64,000 nucleotides of DNA, taken from the NCBI GenBank assembly GCA_011109175.1, contig RDEW01000004.1, positions 1,176,410 to 1,240,409 of the forward strand, in the 5' to 3' direction. The DNA is from Dicyema japonicum. Lineage: Eukaryota > Animalia > Dicyemida. Below the pieces are notes generated by a model. It was not told the DNA's origin. It worked only from the letters and a program-made list of their open reading frames with translations, and ran no database searches. Positions 26,437 through 39,650 of this stretch are shown piece by piece; within the stretch, counting starts at the first letter, position 1; each line of letters begins with the position of its first letter. The position numbers were made by a program, and so were the translations under genes.

Positions 26437-27360
26437 TTATTGAAGTAATGAATTCTGCATCATTGCCATTTTCAATGTTTTCTGGAGGATAATTTTCAAT
26501 CTCTCTCTTAATTTTAAAAGCATTTCAGCCTTGTTTAATGACTCGTGTACTTCTACACAACCGGATTCTTCCTGTTCCTCAATAGCAATTAATTTCTCAT
26601 CTTCATCAATTGCCTCCTCTTCACTGTAATCAATAAACTTCTTCCATTTCAATAGGATCATAAATATCTGTTCTGGATACGACTTCCTCTGTTACATTTA
26701 TGTTAGTAAGTTCTGATTCGTATTCTGTACGTTCTAGACGATTAAAACAGTTTGAAATTGTTTGAAATTTGACATCTTCCCATGCCATTTTACAAACAAT
26801 ACAGTATCCCTAAGATTTAGCTTATATGATTCATATACTCAGTTCTTCTCGCAGTCCAATATAACTGTTAAATATAATAATTTGTGCCTTGTAAAATGAA
26901 CTTTGAAAGATTCGATGATTCCAAGATCCATAGGTTGAATAAGTCCTGTACTTTGAAATAAACATAATTTTAATATTTTCCAGATAAAGAGGTGGGTAAT
27001 GGATATTGGGCAATTATTCGTTAATAAAAAAATTGATCTTTTTTCAATAGATTGTTATAATTCGTAATCCAATTCGCGAAAATTTTAAGTCATCCATGCT
27101 TTTTTAGAATTGTAATAAGAAACTAAGGAATTATTATCATTATTTTTGAAACATCGGGCATCTTTGGTTTCCCGATTAATAGTTGCTTTAACTTATGTGT
27201 CCCTGAGATATTGGCGCAAAGTATGACTGAAGCTCTATCTTTGAAATTTTTATATCCACCGAAAGATGATTTGCAAATATTCCGAGAAGGAATCAATTTA
27301 TAAATATAAAACCAAACTAATAATTTTGTGATCTTGACGCGTTCCATTAGAGCCAACATC
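26437..27360 (-). mobile_element. Tigger/pogo (DDE_1) transposase remnant
   Basis: KDRASVILCANISGTHKLKQLLIGK, KKAWM and IQPMDLGIIESFK motifs, followed by an acidic C-terminus; frameshifted. Confidence 0.8.
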
Positions 27361-27799
27361 TAAGCATACTGATCCAGAGGACATTATCGAGAAGTTGAGG
27401 TTGATGCTAAAACTCGTTACCAGGGAGGGAAATTGTCTCCCAGGGAATGAGTAGATGGATCTTTTTGAATGCCGGCCAGGCGTCTCCTGAGTAAGGTGGA
27501 TCCAATGACGCCACCAGAATAAGAGAAATCTTGAATCAATTAGTAATATGACACCACGTGGCCTTTTAATTTAAATTTAGCTGTTATTCTTCACTGTACG
27601 TCATCGATGGAAATAAGGTCAGAAATACTGTCATTTCCATTATTTTATAAGAGAAATCTTGAATCAATTAGTAATATGACACCACGTGGCCTTTTAATTT
27701 AAATTTAGCTGTTATTCTTCACTGTACGTCATCGATGGAAATAAGGTCAGAAATACTTCATTTCCATTATTTTATTATTTCATTAACATTAATTACTGG

Positions 27800-28005
27800 A
27801 TGACCGAGAACAACCCTCCCGGTCGTTTTACAAAACGATCTGAAAGCCGTAAAAAAACATTGCCATCTAGCGACGACCTGGAAACACTGAGGGATGTGAC
27901 TAAGAACAGAAAAGCCTGGAACACGCTAACTAATTCTCTTATATTTTTTACTGCACATGCTATAAATATTATGGTTCTCGTGAAGTGCTAATAATAATAA
28001 TTACG
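27800..28005 (+). mobile_element. RTE 3'-end fragment
   Basis: DDLETLRDVTKNRKAW parallels DDLDTLRELARSRGSW of the 6085-7779 ORF; a (TAA)n tail is at ~27990-28002. Confidence 0.7.
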
Positions 28006-28453
28006 ACCTAATCACAGATAAGTCTTTGGGGTAGGATTTTATAATCTCAAGATTATATTTCGTTTCTAATTTAAGTGGACAAAAGAATCGTCGACGAAAC
28101 CAGAAATGCAATTGGAGGCATGACCTATAATTTCCCGTGAAAGGTGATTTCTACTGAATAGCAATTGTCCCATCAATGACCATCATCACGAGTATGATTC
28201 GCCACAAAACACCAATTTTATTTAAAATTTAAATTAACCAAATTCAAACCACAAAAAAGATTGGGTAGTGCCAAATAATCTAATAAACGGCAAAACACTA
28301 GATCATACAAATAAGACAAAACACTGACAGGTTGTAACTAAAACACACTCAGCATACAAAATCTGTTAAAGCTAACAAAATAAATTTTAACAAAACGAAA
28401 ACCCCTTCAAAGAAAATAAATATATAAATTCATATCAAGCAAATCAGAGATAC

Positions 28454-29546
28454 TCAAAAATACCACTGTGAACAATCCTCCGACAAAGCGGGTACCGAAG
28501 AACCCGAAAAACAATCATCACTCGGCCAGTGAGAGTACCCTGGAATCACCCAAACCAATACTTTCTGTTGTCTCATCGGATTGATCGGTTGCCACGGCAG
28601 GAGAGTATTCCATGGAGTTCGATTTAACCGAGGAGATCGCCAGGCGACGAGCCAAGTCCAATTTTTTCCCACTAACTATACAAGACCGATGTTTAAGAAG
28701 GTCCTTTAGCTCAGAGACAGTAAAATTGTCCATAAAATAAGAGATCCTGTCAGTCAGCTCGTAGTCGACGTCATTAAAGAATCCGCTGTCATTCCTATTA
28801 TTCGAGGACCGCCCAGACAAATAGATCTGCTGCTGCTCCATGGCCCCCAAATATCCCGATTTCGGATGCTTGGGTCTATTGTTGTTCTTCTTGTCCACTA
28901 AAACCCCGTCGTAGTAGTAAAATTTCATTCCCTTCAAGATTACTACGGAAATAACGTTTTTTCCTGCTTTTGTCGAAAGAACCTTGTTGCACTGAACTTT
29001 AACCTCCATATCCTGAGTTTCTGACTTGGAATTGTCACAGATCTCCTCGCTGTTCAAGTGCAGGAGCATGTCATCATCCGGTTTGAGAATATTCCCAGCC
29101 ACCAGTTCAAGAGGACCTGGTCGTTCCTTCAGCTTTCCGTTCAGATTCGTCTCAAGGAAAGATCGCTTCAGTTTCGGAACCCTCTGCGAAATCAAAGGAT
29201 CGAAGCGCTCAGAGGCTGAAATTTTGGGCACAAGACTACCAATCAATATACTCTGTTTCTCCAACTCCGTCCGTGGAGGTCTCCGCTCGAATTTGTGTTG
29301 GAGGTAGTCTTTAGTCTAGAAATTTCCAAATATAAGGACCTGGGCCAGTATGAGTTTCTTTCGCTCATTGGAATAACGGACGGGTCCATGCAGAGCTAAA
29401 TTTGGTTTTATTTAAGTATACGAGGGTAAATGCCGTTGTTTGCCAATTGGGACAGTGTGGGACGTTTTTGGAGGTTTTTGTTGAGTTCTAGGTAATTTTA
29501 AACAACAACCTAATGCGTGTTGACTGATGCTAGAGTCATCATACAT
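28454..29546 (-). CDS. MRTF: Myocardin-related transcription factor (MRTF/MKL family): 3 RPEL + basic/Q + SAP
   Basis: After three GT-AG introns (22, 26, 24 nt) the product reads LQKRPTLSQLANNGIYP, TKDYLQHKFERRPPRTELEKQSIL and LNGKLKERPGPLELVAGNIL (RPEL repeats). It continues MKFYYY (basic region), MEQQQIY and FTVSELKDLLKHRSCIVSGKKLDLARRL (SAP). The 3' exon structure is tentative. Confidence 0.85.
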
Positions 29547-29669
29547 CACACCGAATTATAAGTTATACAAAAACTAATATTTATTAAAGATAATATTAGA
29601 TTCAAAATTATTTTTAATAATTAAAACAGATTAAAAATAATTAATAATTAAAACAGATTAAAAATAACA

Positions 29670-29890
29670 TCATTCGTAGGACGATGTTGTCGTCTATTGC
29701 ACTTAACAAACTGGAGACTACCTGGTTGCGTCAACATAAAATCTGAAAGGTATCACGTGCTAAATTATATAATGCTTTTGTTAAGACAATCCTTTTTGTT
29801 CAATGAATGGACTTGGGTGCATCAGAATCTAAACTACCACCCTTGACGTATTTCACAAAAGACAACTAAGATTGCTGACTGCTGGTCAAA
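29670..29890 (+). mobile_element. RTE RT C-terminal fragment
   Basis: 'IALNKLETTWL...KLYNAFVKTIL...LDVFHKRQLR' parallels the intact RTE ORF. Confidence 0.65.
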
Positions 29891-30859
29891 AATATTAAAA
29901 AACTTTACATTTTACAAGATATGCAACATTTGTCAGCTGCTGAACCGTTTACTCTATTTTTTTCTTCAATAAAATTTTAATTTAATTATTTTTTGAAAAT
30001 TAAGATTTGTCATATTTAACAAGCATTAATTATAGTCAATTTCAGCAAATTTAGCTTACTTTTGAGCGATTTTGAATTCATTATAAGTTAGGTACTTTTC
30101 ACAGAATCCATCTGGGCGTATTGACTGGAATCTTTTGGGCGAAAAGTCTCAAACGAAAATTTATATACTCTATGTAAATCTAGACCAATTATCATGGACG
30201 TTATTTATCGAAATGACAACTATTTTGACGTATTCTTAGACTGGACCCGACTACGCCTTGAAACACAATAATGGAGTAATATTTCTACTGCTCCGGAAAT
30301 CACAGATTTCGAGCAGACCAAGAAATAACTTTTAATTTGGTTGTAAATTGGTGTCAGCAGACGATTTGGACGATGTTCAAATGAGGGACAGAAACAATAT
30401 GGCGTGGGTGAGAAAGGCGAGGAGGATGGCTGCAAAGCATGACTCATGCGAAACTAACTAACTTGAATTCATATATTACTCTTCCATGTTTTTAGGATGT
30501 TGATAGTTAATAATGGTTTATCTGATAAAAGCCGATTATTTTTAAGTTGGTAGCTTGGCATTACAAGACTTAATAAAGACTCATGTAAATCTCTCCATTA
30601 ATCGCTGATTTTCAGGAGTTTTACTTCTGTTCTAAGCAAATTTTACTCTAAATTTGTAATTGTGTTGACGATTAATAAAATTTTATGCAATAAAGCTGAT
30701 TATGCGTGCTTATGAATGTTGACTTTGAAAGACATAATTAATCATGACTTTAGACACGCATAACATAATGCTCACAAATTCCCACCATGGCATGAAATAA
30801 TCTAACTCGAAATCTGTTTGCCTTTTACAAAAGACAAGGCTTTTTGGTGAGGTGGTGTA

Positions 30860-31990
30860 AAAATTTTTCGGTGTAAAAATCCCCATACAAAAAATCAACA
30901 AAACCAGAAGACCGCTCGAAAATTTGCGACCCATCATACTACTAAATTCATTACGCAAGGTCTTGGCAAACATTGTGCTTGAACGAATAAAAGGACCTGC
31001 TTACAAATACATACTAGATAGTCAAAGTGGTTTTCGAGAAGGGAGATCCACAGCTGATGCGGTCTGGAGTCACATATGGAAGTGTGCAGCAGATAAAAGA
31101 TATCGTAACGCCATTAATATTCTGGGAATTGATCTATCAAGAGCTTTTGATACGGTTAACAGAAACAAATTAGTTTTGAGTCGAGTTTAAGGATGAGCGG
31201 ATTTCTTGATGCGTCGAGTCTAAGGATGACCCGAATTCTACTTTCCAACACTGAGCTCCTTGTGAGAGTCGGAAAACCTATTCAAGAAAATTTGAAACAA
31301 ACACAGGCACTCCACAAGGAGACTCCCTTTCTCTTCTACTATTCACAATTTATTTGAAAGCTGCTATGAGAGAACTTAGATTGTTATACCAAGGAAAGAC
31401 AAGAGAAGTGATCTACGCGGACGATGTAGACCTTATTTCTGAAGACAAAAAGGTCCTGGAACATTTATTAGAAAAGCACTAGATGTACTAGGGAAATGGT
31501 TTCTTACTGTGAACAGAGAGAAAACAGAACTTACAGAAATAAAAAAGATGAGTAACGTCCTTGAAGAGAAGTGGAGACAAATAAAGAAACTCGGTTCACT
31601 AATGGGAGATAGCAAAGATATTTTACGTAGGAAAACTATAGCCAATGCTGCGTTATATAAACTGAAGAATCTATGGCTCAATCAAAGAGGTATCAACACG
31701 AAAATGAGAATCCTATTATATGACTCATTTATAAAACGTACTATATAACGCTGGAACTTGGGCGACCTTATCAGAGGATATGGAAAGATAGAGGTCAGCT
31801 GAGAAAAATAACAGGAACTACTTGACCTACGAGAATATCGAGAAATACTTTATATAGAAGATGCAGCACTAGACCTATCAGTTTAGAAGTACTGGAATCC
31901 CGATGGAAGCTCTTCGGACATGTGCTGAAGATGGAATTAACATCCCCACCGAACATATCTATGGGAACATACTATGTTAGTCAAGAAGGC
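30860..31990 (+). mobile_element. Degenerate RTE RT
   Basis: LRPIILLNSLRK, QSGFREGRSTAD, IDLSRAFD, PQGD, YADD and RWKLFGHV; several frameshifts. Confidence 0.9.
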
Positions 31991-32329
31991 CGCTATTGTC
32001 TTTAAATAAAGTTGCTTATGAATAAATCAGACCTTTACGCGAGCCATAATACTTATAGCCTCTCAAAAAATACGATGTCAACCTCTTCCATTCTCTCAGA
32101 TTGTTAGGTATCGGTCGCAATAATTCTAAGTTTATTTAAGTGTTTTTAGGTCATTTCTTATGATAACTGGCAGTTACTTATACTTTCCACGAAAACGGCC
32201 TACCTGGTACGCAATAGCTTTTCATGGTGGGTAGACATATTATTACTGCATCCAATCCTAGTCTCTTGTAGACTGTCAATAGAAATATCACATCTCTCTA
32301 GATCAGGGTCCCCTAAAGCAAAATTTAGA

Positions 32330-32920
32330 AAATATCGTCTCTGTATTTTTGCTGACTGAAATAGACTTGATAATATTCTGTGGAGGTTGGTGCATTAATG
32401 AGGTCGACACTTCTCGAATTGATGCCATTATAAGTTCTCCCGGATTGTGTGGGGCGATAAGCAGTCGACAAAACCATCATAGCCACGTTTATTATCAATT
32501 GGAAATATTTTCTCTAACTTTTTTCAGTAGTTTTTCTAAAAACATCCAAGGTTCGTTAGATGAACCTATTTTTATAAATAGACCAATCTTTTGTAATCTT
32601 TCAATCTGGAAGATTTTAGCATCGTTTGCAAACGCTGTGGAGCATATAAAGAATACCACAATGATTTAGCTAGCGTGATTTTAATGTACTCACTTTCCAT
32701 TGTTAGGGAACCTCTGAGACACCGAGAAAAAATGACAAGAGAAATCAAACTATTAGGTGATCCAAGTCCTCCTGTTAAAATATATAAATTTTTATCCCCT
32801 AATTGTAGTTCACATCGGTCCCTGACAACGATTAACTCGTAAACGCCTACTTGAAATTTCCAATTACCCACTTTGGGAAACCCGCTGTAGAAAGTATCTT
32901 TCTCGACGTGGCCTTTGTCA
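32330..32920 (-). CDS. Probable multi-exon gene of unknown function (exon structure unresolved)
   Basis: Open frames are separated by intron-sized GT..AG segments (e.g. gtgagtacattaaaatcacgctag) and one possible GT-TG segment at 32496-32518. No recognisable domain. Confidence 0.35.
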
Positions 32921-33204
32921 TACTAAGGAGCTTTAGGCAGAAACGAGACACGTCATCACAAAAATAAAAGTTTGTCAAAAATATTTTTCAATTTAATAAG
33001 CAACCGCTATATAACCGTTTACTCTCTTTTCGTTCTTAATAAAAACAATTTTATATTAAAAAATTTTTAATAAGCAAAAATTGAGATGGATTACGAAAAA
33101 CCTCTTAAAATGCTAATTTTCTTAACAGTTCCTGATTACAGTTTAGTAATGAAAATTATATAACCGATATTTTCCTTTCAACAATAAACCATTAAAGTTA
33201 AGTG

Positions 33205-33710
33205 TTAAATCCTCGGAGTTCCTGTCCCGTAGTCAGCTCCACTAGCAATCCTAATACTATTCATCATTTCCTTTTCACTTATATCATTTTTATCACTGGC
33301 TGTCTTTTCGATTGCATGAGGCTAGTTTATATAAAGCTGAGAATACAGAAAAGTGATTTGACAGTATTGGTCTCTGATGAATCACGTTTCCCTTTTCTTT
33401 AATCTTTGAGCGATTTCCGATCCACGTAATGAAGGCAAACTTTGTCCTTTTACTGAGCTCATCCCCCGTAAGAAAGCACACGTAGCAGTACAGAATCATT
33501 GAATCTGTACTTTTTAGCAAAAATATTAACCATCCAGAGAATCAAGAAAATCTTGATAAGATGATCCAGTTTTTTCAATACAGAGTGTATTTAGACTGTC
33601 GAATCTGGTAGTTATCCTGGAAGTAATGAAATCAAATACCAATTGATACTATGATCGCAGTCCATTATTTGATCTTTTATAATTTTCATTTGAGGGGTAA
33701 AATCTACCAT
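33205..33710 (-). CDS. COTL1: Coactosin-like protein (ADF-H domain), 4 exons
   Basis: Contains YVCFLTGDELSKRTKFAFITWIG and ends ASGADYGTG. Three GT-AG introns of 23, 26 and 25 nt give a continuous frame. Confidence 0.85.
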
Positions 33711-34499
33711 ATTCTGCTGATTTTTAGCGATAATCGCCGAACGTTAATATATGTAATTCTAAACGTCGATAAATGCTAATTTAGTAATAAATTAAGTTGT
33801 ATTAATAATAAAAATTGTCCATTTTTGGCTCAAAGGAAGGCTCAACTGAATATTTAAAACATTTGAGGAATTTAAGACTTAGTTCAGCATAATCAGTGGA
33901 ATTCTCTTCACTGTCAATTGAAGAGAAAATTGTCAGCAAAATGGTCAATCTACTTACTTAGTGGTCAGCTGACACCGCAATCGAATCTAAAACAATAAGT
34001 CCCTGATAAATCACTTCTATATTAAGATGAGATTATCTTCCATTAATTCTTAAGTTCCAATTCAGTCAAAATACTTGCTAAACTACCACTTTTTGCTAAT
34101 GATGGCAATTATATGTCATTTCATACAATTCTCGAGATAAAGTCTTTCAACAGCGGCCTGACTGCATGGCAGTTCCCTCTCGGGAAGGTGAGCGATAAAT
34201 AACCACAGTGCTTACGGAAATCTGTTTGTGCAGAAATCAGATTCCCTAGACGACCAAAGAATTCCAACGTCGCGTAATTTGCCCCAGATAATCTGAAAAT
34301 CAATTTTTAATATATTAGATTTTAGTTTTCCTAATGAATTAAATTGTTGGGGGAGTATTCGATTGATCGAGATAACGGTAGTTTACTGGTCTTTCCGCAA
34401 TCACCACCAGATGATTTAAAACTCCTGACAATCCGGCCTACAGGTTTTGGCTATACATAAAAGAGGGTCATATTAACCCTCTGCAGTAAAGTTCATTTT

Positions 34500-35300
34500 C
34501 TTAGAACCATTCAGGAAACTAAGACCATTTGTATCTCAAAAGGATCCATGACTGGGTTTCTACTAATGTCATCGAAAGCCTTGTATCATAAAGGAACGTC
34601 TGCCGCCTAACTTTGACAGAAGCAAAGCTTATCAAAGTAAGCATGTTACGGTCATCATATGGCTTAACAGGACTATATTGAAAAAGTCTGTCAATCGGTT
34701 TCATCGCTGTGCCTGTTTTTAAGACGATCACAAGACGGGCCTTCTCTTAGTCCGCCTTTGATTTCTTCGTCAGATATATCCAACTGATCTCTGGGATTGT
34801 GTGCTTTTGGCTGTTACTTTTCTGTTAGTCTGCTAACTTGAACAGACTGGAGTAAATAAACAACGCTCAGTTGATTAAATTCTTGGGGGACTTTAAGCTG
34901 ATGGCTTCTCCTCTCAAACTCAACACTAACAACATTTTTCCATTGATCTGATACCACCAAGGACGAAACATTGAAATGAAAAAATATAAAACCCAAAGTT
35001 GGTAATTCGTCTTCCTGGCTATTAAACCATAGGGCATATCGGAACAAAATTCCATCCCTCTTTATTTAGAAAAAGGTGAAATAGTTGGTAATTGTTTTTA
35101 AGGTCCTGTAGTGAAAAATATCCAAAGCAAAAGAAAACCGATTAGTAAAAAAGTTCCCTTCTCCAATCGTATTCATCTGCAAAAATGAGAGAAGGCTCTT
35201 TCTTACGGTAGTCAAAACAATGAAAGGCCACATGTTGGAGGAAGCAGTTATTTACTGGAACTGGGATCACCTAATTGTTTGACGTATTTTCTGTCTTTCA
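34500..35300 (-). CDS. Possible multi-exon gene, unidentified
   Basis: Coding-like open frames (e.g. DQWKNVVSVEFERRSHQLKVPQEF, PRDQLDISDEEIKGG) are separated by short GT..AG segments. No complete model could be built. Confidence 0.3.
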
Positions 35301-35489
35301 TTCTGCGATCCTGGAGTCCTAGATAAATAAACACGCAGGAATAAAAGCCATTTTGGTCTTAGAACCCACAGATTTCAGTTGGGACTGCCCCAGAAGCTAA
35401 GTATCAGTTGGTATAGTGAATTATCCTTCACTCATATATTAAACATTTAAGGTGAGAAGAAAAAACAAACAAGGACGATAAAAACAAAA

Positions 35490-36443
35490 TCACATATTAT
35501 GTGGTTGAGGGAATCGATCAGGAGGAAAGAACATTCCAGGAGGATACATATATCTCATATCAGGAGGTCCAGTGGGCCGTAACATCGGAGGCACATCAGC
35601 AAACATCGTATGCGGACGGTCTGTCTGAGTGAGGGGGTTTTGAGCTGCTAGTATCCGCTCAGCCACGGAACCGTGTCGTTCACCTTTCACGTCCTTCTTG
35701 AAGGCGTAAGAGATCGTTATAGCTCGATTGCACAGATATTGACCGTTCATGGCCTCAATGGCCGCATCCGAGGACTCGAAGCTGGCGAAATTGATGAAAG
35801 CGTACCCCTTAGATATTCCCGTGTCTGGGTCTCGCATAATCTAGCCTTACTTGACTAATATTACCTTAGGCTGTTGCATAATCATTCCAAAGGCCCCGAA
35901 AGTGTCGTGAATCAATTTCTCGTCCACTTCTGGCGCCAGATTTCCCACGAAAATGTTAGCTCCGACGTCGAGGTTCTTTGCATGTGCAGAGGCCTGGGTT
36001 TGGCAGAAAATAAGTTACTTTATTGACTTTTATGGGTTTTCCGTTGAGTTTTATCATACTCATTATTTTGACAGCGTAATCGGCGTCCTCCTCGCTCATG
36101 AATTCTACAAATCCGAAACCCTAGTTACTTTATTGACTTTTATGGGTTTTCCGTTGAGTTTTATCATACTCATTATTTTGACAGCGTAATCGGCGTCCTC
36201 CTCGCTCATGAATTCTACAAATCCGAAACCCTGATGTCTTCCGGTCACTCGATCCTTTGGAATGTGCACATTTACTAAAAATAGGAAGCATAAATTTTAC
36301 CAATAGGTCCCGTCTGGAGAAATAACTCCCATAATATAGTTTCGTTTATTTTTTCATCCAGTCCCCCGACATAAATTGTTGCATCAGATCTTCAATTAGA
36401 CAGCAATACCTTGATTTCTCTCGGTGACAGGACCAGTAGCCAT
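35490..36443 (-). CDS. SF3B4: Splicing factor 3B subunit 4 (SAP49/Hsh49), 5 exons
   Basis: [11 protein letters not shown]|[12 protein letters not shown]..., two RRMs, and [18 protein letters not shown]. Intron 1 (36385-36409) is GT-TG; the other three are GT-AG. A 110-bp duplication (36013-36231) interrupts the assembly. Confidence 0.95.
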
Positions 36444-36789
36444 AAGGCACCACAAGGATAGAAAATTTAAAATTAAAAATAAATATTTAATTTTCCTTAT
36501 ATATTTATATTCAAATTTCATAACATTAAAGTGGTTTAATGACAATCGAATGTTAATCAACACCGAAAAATTTTTACATCTCTTTATCAACACCGAAAAT
36601 CTGGCCTTCTGGCTGAACGTACCTCTGATGACATCGGATCTGAGTTAATCAACACCGAAAAATTTTTACATCTCTTTATCAACACCGAAAATCTGGCTTT
36701 CTGGCTGAACGTAACTCTGATGACATCGGATCTGAAAGTGTGGGTTCGAATCCGAAAGATTGAATTTTCAGCGAAGGAAAATTCTTATC

Positions 36790-38810
36790 AAAAAGATCCC
36801 ACCCGTGAGGCGACGAGTTCTTCTGGCACGACACAGTTGTTAAAAGGGATCTTCCTACCTTTTTCCCTGACCAAATCCTCTGATGAAAATTGCATTATAA
36901 AATCTATTCCGCTAAAGAATGAAGTGATGTCCGCGACAGTAGGACGTGGGACAAAAATGGAAGAGGGTGGACCTACTTCTCTACCTCTCTTCGGAAGCGA
37001 AAGCCTGTAATGAAGTATTGGAATATGGAATTAATCGACACAAGTAGATGTTCTCCCTTTGGTTTCTCCCTTGGATTAGTTAGTTATGACTGTTTGTGCT
37101 GTGCTTACAATGGTAAGCCTGGGGTTAATAATAATAATACCTCGGACAAAAGATTGTCGAACAGGACAATAGAAGTTACTAAGGATGGAAGAGCATTGCC
37201 GTTCAGCAAATGGCAAAAAATATTGGGTCTGACTTTCTATACGCACATGAACTTCACGAGACACGTCACTAACGTGCTGAACAAATGTGATAAGAAAATC
37301 AACCTTCTGAAATGTTTAACAGGTCTATGGAAAATTGGACATACCCTATACTTTAAACGCTCTACTCACAGTACATCGAACCATGCATTTCATATGCGTG
37401 TACTTCATGGGGACCACTGGCCTCTTATACGAACATCCAGAAAATTTCCGCAACTCAGAAAAGGGCCTTCAAGCTAACGGAGAGATGGTACACAGGGGAA
37501 AACANACTGACCCACCCAAACCGCCGCTAAGAAAACCGAAAAGGGATCAATTAACTTATTTCACGGAAAAGGAGGTAATAGCATCCCTAAACCAAACAAA
37601 AGTAACACATTCTCATGGTCCAGACGGAATTCCCATAATCCTCCTGAAAAACATAGGAAATGAGGGATTTGGTACTCTGACCAAAATCTACAACTGGTCG
37701 ATTGATTATAACTCAATCCACGATATGGAAACTTGCAAACATTCACCGAGGATTGAAGCCAGGAAAACCGAAAGAAAACCCAGCTTCCTTCAGGCCTATT
37801 TCTCTCTTATGCTCCATGTCAAAAATTCTGGAAAATCTTATCCTCGCAAAAATCACTGAAAGAACTTCCGATAAACCATTCCAGCATGGTTTCAAAACGA
37901 GCTTCCTCACATCCCTGACTAGCTTTATTAGCTCTGGATTTCTGTGCAAGCCAAGACACCAGAAAACTGTTATGCTCACTAGACGTCTACAAAGCTTTCG
38001 ACTCTGTGCCGAGGAAGAACCTAATATGGAAAATTTACCAATCAGATATCCCTGAAAACCTCTAACGCTGGCTGATGAACTTCCTTAGCGGACGAAGAGG
38101 TAGAGTGTACATTGGAAACATTCACCTGTCTCTCGTTTATTCCAAAGTGGAGTACTCTAGGGCTCGCCGCTATCACTATTACTATTCAATCTGTTTATGG
38201 CTGACATTCCGACGCTGAATTGAGAAGACAACCTGCTTTGACTTATGCAGACGATATAGTCTTAGCCTCACGGGATCAGAACACCCAAACANTCTCCCTT
38301 TGGTTTCTCCCTTGGATTAGTTAGTTATGACTGTTTGTGCTGTGCTTACAATGGTAAGCCTGGGGTTAATAATAATAATACCTCGGACAAAAGATTGTCG
38401 AACAGGACAATAGAAGTTACTAAGGATGGAAGAGCATTGCCGTTCAGCAAATGGCAAAAAATATTGGGTCTTTACGCACATGAACTTCACGAGACACGTC
38501 ACTAACGTGCTGAACAAATGTGAGAAGAAAATCAACCTTCTGAAATGTTTAACAGGTCTATGGAAAATTGGACATACCCTATACTTAAAACGCTCTACTC
38601 ACAGTACATCGAACCATGCATTTCATATTCGTGTACTTCATGGGGACCACTGGCCTCTTATACGAACATCCAGAAAATTTCCGCAACTCAGAAAAGGGCC
38701 TTCAAGCTAACGGAGAGATGGTACACAGGGGAAAACATCAAATAACCGACGCCCATGGAGAAACTAATCGAAAAAAAACAAGAATGGACACCAATGCCAA
38801 AAAGGTAGCC
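36790..38810 (+). mobile_element. Cluster of LINE fragments, including a duplicated junction
   Basis: A LINE 3' end with (TAA)n is joined to a second family at both ~37140 and ~38380. RT fragments (LKPGKP..SFRPISLL, QHGFK) lie between them, and there is an n at 37505. Confidence 0.8.
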
Positions 38811-39650
38811 CCTTTCTCCGGCGTTTTTTAACATATTCTTGCGACTTATCCTTCCCTGGATGACCTAATTCAATGCTTCTAAAATATGCTGACAATTTAA
38901 TCACTAAACAGATATGTGGATATGGCAAAATCATAACTTCAGTCACACCTAAACGATCTGGGGGCTTGGCTGACTTTGAATCGAATTTCCGTGTCAACAG
39001 AAAAATCTTCATATCCCATTTTTACCATCTACCAGAGACAAGGATACACTAGAAATCAACTTTTATCGCGATATTATTACCATGCAGAGACATCCAAAAG
39101 TACATCCTATAATAGGGAGGGCCCGTGGACTCTGCTCTCTTTTTCCCAACATGTAAAGAACGTTCTGGTAAAGTAGAGCTTCCGGAAACTCAACATTAAC
39201 TTTAACAAACTTTATTAATAAAAAAAGTAAAGCAAAGAGTAGAACTAAATGTGTGAACCCAGTAAGAAACGGTGGCTGATTCGAACCCACGGGGAGTGAT
39301 TAAATAGGCAACTCTATTGGCCGTGTAGTCGATTGATTATGAAACAGTTAATACAATCCTATTAGTGTATNGGTAAAGTAGAGCTTCCGTAAACTTAACA
39401 TTAACTTTAACAAACTTTATTAAAAAAAAAGTAAAGCAAAGAGTAGAACTAAATCTGTGAACCCAGTAAGAAACGGTGGCTGATTCGAACCCACGGGGAG
39501 TGATTAAATAGGCAACTCTATTGGCCGTGTAGTCGATTGATTATGAAACAGTTAATACAATCCTATTAGTGTACAATCACTGTGTTTGTTAATCTAAATT
39601 ATGTTAATATTAATATCATTAGTATTCATTATTAGCTATTATTTGTTTTT

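Noticed and set aside
36742-36770. B-box-like GGGTTCGAATCC upstream of the LINE 3' module (tRNA-headed SINE?)
   Set aside because: No A-box is seen. The flanking sequence reads as continuing LINE coding sequence, and the other copy (10612) lacks it.
39260-39340. tRNA-like sequence with a B-box on the minus strand (duplicated at ~39470-39540)
   Set aside because: It cannot be folded into a cloverleaf with acceptor and anticodon stems. At most it is a decayed SINE head.
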